Assembly: GCA_013239625.1 (NCBI GenBank)
Contig: MU054187.1
Coordinates: 25,236,433 to 25,277,827, forward strand
Reading direction: 5' to 3'
DNA from: Lama guanicoe
Lineage: Eukaryota
DNA length: 41,395 nucleotides
Shown: positions 34,830 through 41,395 of the stretch, piece by piece
How the letters are laid out: each line of letters begins with the position of its first letter
Numbering within the stretch: the first letter of the stretch is position 1
Notes under the pieces: generated by a model
What the model was told of the DNA's origin: nothing
What the model saw: the letters and a program-made list of their open reading frames with translations, nothing else
Database searches by the model: none
Position numbers and translations under genes: made by a program

Positions 34830-35915
34830 ACAGCCCAGTTCCTTCACAAGTCCTTGCCGGACGCCCCCACTGCCACTGCCCACTGACAACACTGCCCCCT
34901 CCTGCCAGGAAAAGGCCGACATGAATACATGCACCTAGTGAACATGGGGCGACAGAGGCCGCCTCCAGAACAGGCCACGGGGGAGGTGGGAGCGAGTCCA
35001 CCTGCTCCCCCAGGGCAACCCCCATTCCCTGGCCACCACTGCCCACTGACAGCATTGTGCCCACCTCCCGGGAGCGAACTCATCTAGAAACAAGTGTCCC
35101 GGGAATCTGGGGCAGCAGCGGAGAGGTGGGTGCTGCCCTTGATAAACTGGTATATTTGCTCCCCCATCTCCCCCACATCCTGGCCTGGGGGCGGCCTCTG
35201 CTGCCCTAGCGTCGTGGAACACACTTCTTCCTGCCAGCCTGCTCCTAGGAGGCAGGCACAGTGCAGTCACAGGTTGGCAGCAGTGGTAACGGCAGGATTG
35301 GGGCTGCTCTGTGCCAACCTGGGGGTTTGCTCACACATCCAGCTGTGACTCCTGCCACCCCTCACACTGACTGTACTGTACCTGCCTCCCAGCAGCAGGC
35401 TGACTTGTACCCTGCATCCTGTGAACGAGGGGCAGTAGAGGCCACCACTAGGTAAGGCTGCAGGGGAGATGGGAGCAAGATGACCAGAGCGGAGAATCCA
35501 GGGCAGAGCCCCTACACCAATCTCCGTCAACTTCCCCTCACTATGCAGGCCTCCCAGGAGCAAACGAACCAGGAGACATGCATCCCGTGAACCTGGGGCA
35601 TTAGAGGCCGCCCCCAGGCCAAGCCGTGGGGAAGGTGGGAACAAATCCCCCGGCTCTCACAAGGCAGCCCCCCTTATTCCACCTCCACAGCTGCCACACC
35701 TGCCATCGTCCCCACTGCTCCCTGACTGGATCACACAGGCCTCTAGGGTGCAGTCTGACCTAAAGATGAACCTTGGGCAGCAGAGACCGCACCCTGCCAG
35801 GCCGCAGAGGAGATGGGGGCAAATGACTGCCTGTCACTCGGCAGCCCCCCTCCCCACGCCGCCAGGGCTATGGCCTCTGCCATCTTCCCAGCCCCCTGGC
35901 TGCACTGCGCCCGTG
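34830..35915. repeat. Degenerate array of ~165-180 bp GC-rich monomers related to the macrosatellite, one of them inverted
   Basis: Core GTGAACC.GGGGCA..AGAGGCCGCCCCCAGGCCA.G...GGGGAG.TGGGAGCAAA at 34938, 35101 (partial), 35421, 35587 and 35766; reverse-complement copy at ~35155-35300. Confidence 0.8.
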
Positions 35916-35920
35916 GTCGT

Positions 35921-36522
35921 ACTAAAGTGGGTATAGAGGGAACATGTCTCAACATAATAAAAGCTATTATGACAAACCTACAGTCACCACAATACCCTAC
36001 CAAGAGAGCGGAAACCCTTTCCGCTAAAATCTGGAACAAAAGAAGGATGCCCACTCTCACCACTTCCATTCAATATTGTTTTAGAGTTCCTAGCCATAGC
36101 AATTAAATGAGAAAAAGAAATAAAAGGGATCCAAGCTGGAAAAGTAACGTCAAAGTGTCATTATATGTGGCTGACATGATGCTATACATAGAAAACCCTG
36201 AAGGCTTCACACAGAAACTACTAGAGCTACTACCCGGCAAGGCAGCAGCACACAACATCCACACACAGACGTCACGGGCCTGGCTTCACATGAAAGGAAT
36301 AAACACTTTTAAAATTGCATCCAAAAAATAAAATACTTAGGAATAAATCTGACCAAGAACGTGAAAGACTTACATGCGGAGAACTACAAAACACTGACTA
36401 CGGAAACTAAAGAGGACTTAAAGGACGGAAAGATATCCCAGGTTCTTGCACTGGAAGAATTAATATTGTTAAAACGGCCATCCTGCCCAGAGCAGTCTGC
36501 AGATTTAATGCGAACCCTATCT
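35921..36522 (+). mobile_element. LINE-1 ORF2 RT fragment, paralogous to 28850-29460
   Basis: KVGIEGTCLNIIKAI..., VSLYVADMMLYIENP; shares a diagnostic deletion with the 29.2-kb copy. Confidence 0.92.
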
Positions 36523-36544
36523 GTTAGAAATCTGTTGGGAACAA

Positions 36545-38257
36545 CAGAATCTGCCCTTAAACATTTTCATAGTTTTGGGTTTTTTGTTTGTTTGTTTTTT
36601 GTTTTTGCAGGAGAGGGATAGACAAAATTAACTCAAGACTTTTTGGGATGAGTTCTGAGTGCCCTGAGATATCTCATGTTGTAAGTAGGTAACAGTTGGC
36701 TTTACCCACTGAAGTCTATTTTGGGAAGATCTGTGGCTTTGTTTAGCTAGTGCCTTTAGGAGAATGTGGAAACCTGTAAGAACACCTTGCTTCGGTTACA
36801 AAGTAAAAGACCATCAACGTCCTGACTAAGAGTGGAGCCTTGGGTAAAGCCTACGGAGTCTAAGCTGGCTTTAAGGACCTGGAAGAATACTGAGGAAGAC
36901 TCACCATGTCTATACGGAAGTCTAGCTGTCTTCCTCTAAACATAAGCACAAAGGGAAACTGTAAGTCAGGGGCAATGGGATTAGAAAGCTGTGCCGGAGT
37001 CAGTTACTGACACTCTAGCTACGTCAGCAGGACCTGAGTTAAGAAGAGTAGGTGGATTAGGGACTCCAGTAAGATGAGGAATTACAAAAGCACTGATGGC
37101 TCCTGCATCTTGTACAAAGCAGTAACTTGATTTTCATCTGAATCAAGTTTCCCTTCTTTCCTTACTGACAAGACTGAGGTACTGCAGGGTGAGAAAGTTA
37201 AGAACTTGGCTCTACTGTAGATTCAATTCCTTTTTTGCTTCTTGAGAGAGAGGATAGTGGGCTCTCTCAAGAGGATGTTGTTGCCACAGCTGCCACCCTA
37301 ATTAAAACTGCTGGGACAGGTTTATTCCTTTTCCAGACAACGTGCATGGGCTCTACACTGAGTAGCAATCCAACCTCAACTGCATGTGAGGATCAGAGAC
37401 TAATTAGGACATCTTTCATGGTTGCATTCTCTTCAGAGGATTTTAAATAGAGATAGGTCTCTACTAGGGAAAGTAGGAAGTTTGAGATTTGGCCTGAGCA
37501 CAGGGGGGAAAAAAAAAAACCTTTCTCATTACATAGTTTGGTAGCATTAAATTTGCATAAGTCTCTACCTAAAACGCTTGCTGATGAGGAATGAGAAACT
37601 AGAAAGGTCTGATGGGTGGTTAGAGGGCCTAAAGATTTGGGGGGTAACCTGAGATCTGACAGTAAAATAGGTTGCCCAGAGACTCTGACAGCTTGAATAG
37701 AATCAGAGGTGACAGAGATAATCCTCTAAGCCTATGGTAGAGAAAGCTGAATGAGTATCAACTAAGAGAACAGTTTCTGATACTCCATTTTAAGTTTAAT
37801 GGTAGGTTCTGGGGTGCAACTGAGAATTGACTGACCCCATCAATTGATCAGAAATTACCCTATAGAAGTGAAAAGTGTCTCTGAGGCACATGGAATCTAG
37901 GGAAATTTTATGTAAGCCTTTTTTTGTTTTATGTGCATTCCAATGTACCAGCTTTTACAGTATTTGCAGATAGCTTGAGATGGGTAGGGGAGGCTCTGTG
38001 GTTGGCAAGAAAAATTGGTGAGTATTGAATTACCCTTAAAGTCATATTTCTGTTTTTTAAACACTCAATTTGCAAGGCAGGATTGTTGATTTCAGTTCCT
38101 ATTTTCTCCTGCTTTCCTGCAAGCTATTTTCAAAGAATGAAATAGCAACTTCAGTAATAACACTGAGAGATTGTTCTGCATAGGCAACTATACCATTTTG
38201 GATTTGTCTTTTCAAAGAGAGAAGACCTGTTATTAAGGTGGAAATTAAAAGATTTCT
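36545..38257 (-). mobile_element. Decayed class I (gamma-like) ERV: gag 3' end, protease and RT
   Basis: Minus-strand peptides: capsid end (NLLISTLITGL..KRQIQ), zinc-knuckle remnant (ICKYCK..HW at ~37940-37972), protease end (FLVSHSSSASVLGRDLCK), and RT (YCFVQD..AI..FVIP...VPNPPTLL; QVLKASLDSVGFTQGSTLSQDVDGLLLC; LQWVKPTVTYLQHEISQG). Many frameshifts and stops. Confidence 0.88.
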
Positions 38258-39218
38258 ATGACCTAATAAAACTTAACAAGCTTTTACACAATAAAGTTAA
38301 TCACAAACAAAATGAAAGACAACCTGTGGAATCAGAGAAAATATTTTCAAGTTATGCAACTGACAAAGGATTAATTTCAAAAATATACAAACAGCTCATA
38401 CAGTTCAATATCAAAACAAACAAACAAACAAACAGACAAACCAAAGAAATCCTCCAAATTGGCAGAAGTTCTAAACAGACATTTCTCCAAAGAAAACACA
38501 TAGATGGCCAACAGACACATGAAAAGATGCTCAACATCACTAATTATTAGAGAAATGAAAATCAAAACTACAATGAGGTATCATCTCACACCAGTAAGAA
38601 TGGCCTTCATCAAAGAGTCTACAAATAATAACTGACAGAGAGGATATAGAGAAAAGGGAACCCTCCTACACTATTGGTGAGAATGTAAATTGATGCAGTC
38701 ACCATGTAAAACAATATAGAAGTTCCTTAAAAAACTAAAAATAGTTACCCTATGATCCAGCAATCCTACTCCTAGGGATATATCTGGAAAAGATAAAAAC
38801 TCTTAACACAAAAAGATACATGTATCCCAATGTTCATAGCAGCACTATTTACCATAGCCAAGACACGGAAGCAATCTAGATGCCTGTCAACTGATGAATG
38901 AATAAAAAAGATGTGATATAGATAGACAGATACAATGAAATATTATTCAGCCATAAAAATGAAATAATCCCACTTGCAACAATATGAGTGGACACAGAGA
39001 TGATCATATTAAGTGGTGTAAGTCAGACAAAGACAAATACCGTAAGGTATCATTTATATATGGAATCTAAAAAACTCATACAAATGAAGTTATTTATAAA
39101 ACAGAAACAAAATCACATACAAAGAAAACAAACTTATGGTTACCTAAGGGGAATGGGGGAAAAAATAAGGAGTTTGGATTAGTATATATACACACTACTA
39201 TATATAAAACAGAATAGC
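38258..39218 (+). mobile_element. LINE-1 3' fragment inside the ERV gag gene
   Basis: [63 protein letters not shown]; the 3' UTR ends without a clear poly(A). Confidence 0.92.
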
Positions 39219-39960
39219 AAAATTGATCCTGTTGCATGGTGCTGAGGCCTCTGCCAAAGTTATTTCTTTGCCATCAGTATTTACATAAGTAACCTGAATA
39301 CCTAGTCCTGGACATCTGGCTGGAGTATTTTCTGCAATTTTTGCAGGGTAAGAGAAGAAAGTGGTAAGGTGGGTATTTAAGGGATTCTCTGGGGAAGCCG
39401 AAAGAGTTTCAAGGATTAAAGGAACTTGTTAAGGGTTGAATTTGGGGAAGAGGGATTTGAGACAGGGGTCCAGAGATCTAAAAGATCTGAAGGGTCAGAC
39501 AGGGAGTTTGGGATAAATAAGAGTGAAGGAGCATGGAGAAGGGGAATTTACTGTGGTGTGGAATTTAACTTTTGTTTTGAACCTCATTTCCATTCTTTAC
39601 TCTTGTTTAAAGTGTCCATAAGGCTACCCAAATGATCTTTTTTTATCCTTCTTTCAATTTGATCATTCCATAGGTACCAATAGAACATGTATTTAGGATG
39701 AGAGCTCTTTAAAATTATTTTTTTTCCAAATATAAAAATTTTTTCAAATCAAAGGATCTATCACCTGGCCACTAACAAATAGAATTTTTAAAGGTGTACC
39801 TCTTTCAATAGTGACCCAATCCAGTAAGCCTTTCCATAGAAAGACTTAGAGGTAACTTTCCATACTTAGAATACATTGTCCTCATGGATGCAAGAGATCC
39901 CTGGAGGTGGTGCAGCCCACATGATCCAAAAAGTCACTCATAAAGAAAGATCAAGAAAGC
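39219..39960 (-). mobile_element. Same ERV, gag 5' part (matrix and proline-rich region) and leader
   Basis: Minus strand gives GCTTSRDL..., MYSKYGK and WPGDRSFDLKKFLYL (gamma-type matrix WPxxG[S/T]FD-like motif), followed by Pro/Ser-rich sequence. Confidence 0.7.
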
Positions 39961-39964
39961 AAAG

Positions 39965-41395
39965 ACCTCTCTCTGACTTCAGCCTATACTAGAAAGCTAC
40001 AGTAATCCAAACAGTATGGTAGTGGCACAAAACCAGACACCTAGATCAGTGGAACAGAATACAGAGCTCAGAAATAAACCCACACACTTATGGCCAATTG
40101 ATTTATAACAAAGAAGGCAAGAATATACAATGGAGAAGAGACTGTCTCTTCAATAAGTAGTGCTGGGAAAACTGGACAGCTACATGGAAACGAATGAAAT
40201 TAGAACACTTCTTCACACCATATACAAAAATTAACTCAAAATTGATTAAAAACCTAAATGTAAAACCAGAAACCATGAAAATCCTAGAAGAAAATATAGG
40301 CGGAACACTGTTTGACAAAAACTGTAGCAATGTATTTTTTGGATCTGTCTCTTAAAGCAAAGGAAACAAAAGCAGAAATAAACAAATAAAGCCTAACTAA
40401 ACTTAAAATCTTTTACAAAGCAGAGGAAACCATTCACAAAATGAAAAGACAACTTACTAAATGGGAGAAAATATATGTGAATGGTATGATCAATAAAGAG
40501 TTAATATTCAAAATATATAAACAGCTCTATAATTCAATATTAAAAAAATTGATTTAAAAATGGGCAGAAAACCTAAATAAACCTTTTCCCAAAGACATAC
40601 AAGTGGCCAAAAGGCATGTGAAAATTTGCTCAACATTGCTAATCATCAGAGAAATACAAATCAATGCCACAGTGAGATACTACTTTACACATGCCAAATG
40701 GCTATTATTAAAAAAGAACACAAAAAACAAATATCAGCAAGAATACAGAGAATAGGACCATCAGTACTTGGTGGTAATGTAAATTGGTACACTGTGGAAA
40801 ACAGTATGGAGGTTCCTCAAAAACTAAAAACAGAACTACCATATGATTCAGCAATTCTACTCCTGGGTATATATACAAAGAAAACAAAAACACTAATTCA
40901 AAAAGATACATACACCTCAATGTTCATAGCAGCATTAATTAAAATGATCAAGCTATGGAAGCAACNNNNNNNNNNNNNNNNNNNNNNNNNNNNNNNNNNN
41001 NNNNNNNNNNNNNNNNNNNNNNNNNNNNNNNNNNNNNNNNNNNNNNNNNNNNNNNNNNNNNNNNNNNNNNNNNNNNNNNNNNCAACCACATGACCTGGAG
41101 GGTATTATGCTCAGAAAAATAAGTCAGATAGAAAATGAAAAACACTGTATGTTATTATTTATATGTGCAATTTAAAAATAAAACAAACAAATATATATAA
41201 CAAAATAGAGACTCACAGACAGAGAACAAACTAATGGTTACCAGTAGGGAGAGGGAAGTGGGGAGGGGCAGGAAGAGGTAAGGGGTTAAGAGGGACAAAT
41301 GATTACGTATAAAATACATAAGCTGCAAGGACATATTATGCAGCATAGGGCATACAGCCAATATTTTATAATAACTGTAAGTGGAGAAAATCTAT
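39965..41395 (+). mobile_element. LINE-1 ORF2 3' part and 3' UTR, spanning an assembly gap
   Basis: CTGACTTCAGCCTATACTAGAAAGCTACAGTAATCCAAACAGTATGGT...; KLKTELPYDSAILLLGIY; 3' UTR continues to the window end. Confidence 0.95.
40966..41082. other. Assembly gap (117 N)
   Basis: Run of N inside the L1. Confidence 0.99.

Noticed and set aside
29980..35936. Pro/Gly/Ala-rich ORFs in the satellite (e.g. a DUX- or USP17-type coding macrosatellite)
   Set aside because: No homeodomain or other domain is visible, and indels between units break the frames.

Overview
Mammalian, very probably camelid (alpaca/llama/camel), repeat-dense genomic DNA with no intact protein-coding gene. The taxon call rests on a tRNA-derived Vic-1-type SINE at ~17.1 kb and camelid-type L1 3' ends. 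Layout: (1) 1-12.5 kb: two internally deleted, head-to-head L1 copies, old L2/MIR remnants, and a MaLR (MLT1) element whose 3' LTR is cut by an L1 3' fragment. (2) 12.98-17.53 kb: an unprocessed, decayed five-exon fragment of COL12A1 (FN3-repeat region, minus strand) with stop codons, deletions and broken splice donors; one of its introns hosts a polyadenylated, TSD-flanked ERV RNA retrocopy and the SINE. (3) 17.6-25.7 kb: unidentified unique-looking sequence. (4) 25.7-27.1 kb: a CpG-rich module present twice in direct and once in inverted orientation. (5) 27-36.5 kb: L1 pieces interleaved with a composite GC-rich macrosatellite whose units are ~5 diverged ~160-190 bp monomers plus a simple-repeat block, with a CTCF-like motif and an apparent gene-conversion tract. 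(6) 36.5-41.4 kb: a decayed class I ERV (gag-pro-pol, minus strand) interrupted and flanked by L1s, with a 117-N gap. Overall it reads as a mosaic segmental-duplication or heterochromatin-proximal region. All identifications are by eye and from recalled sequences; no database search was run.
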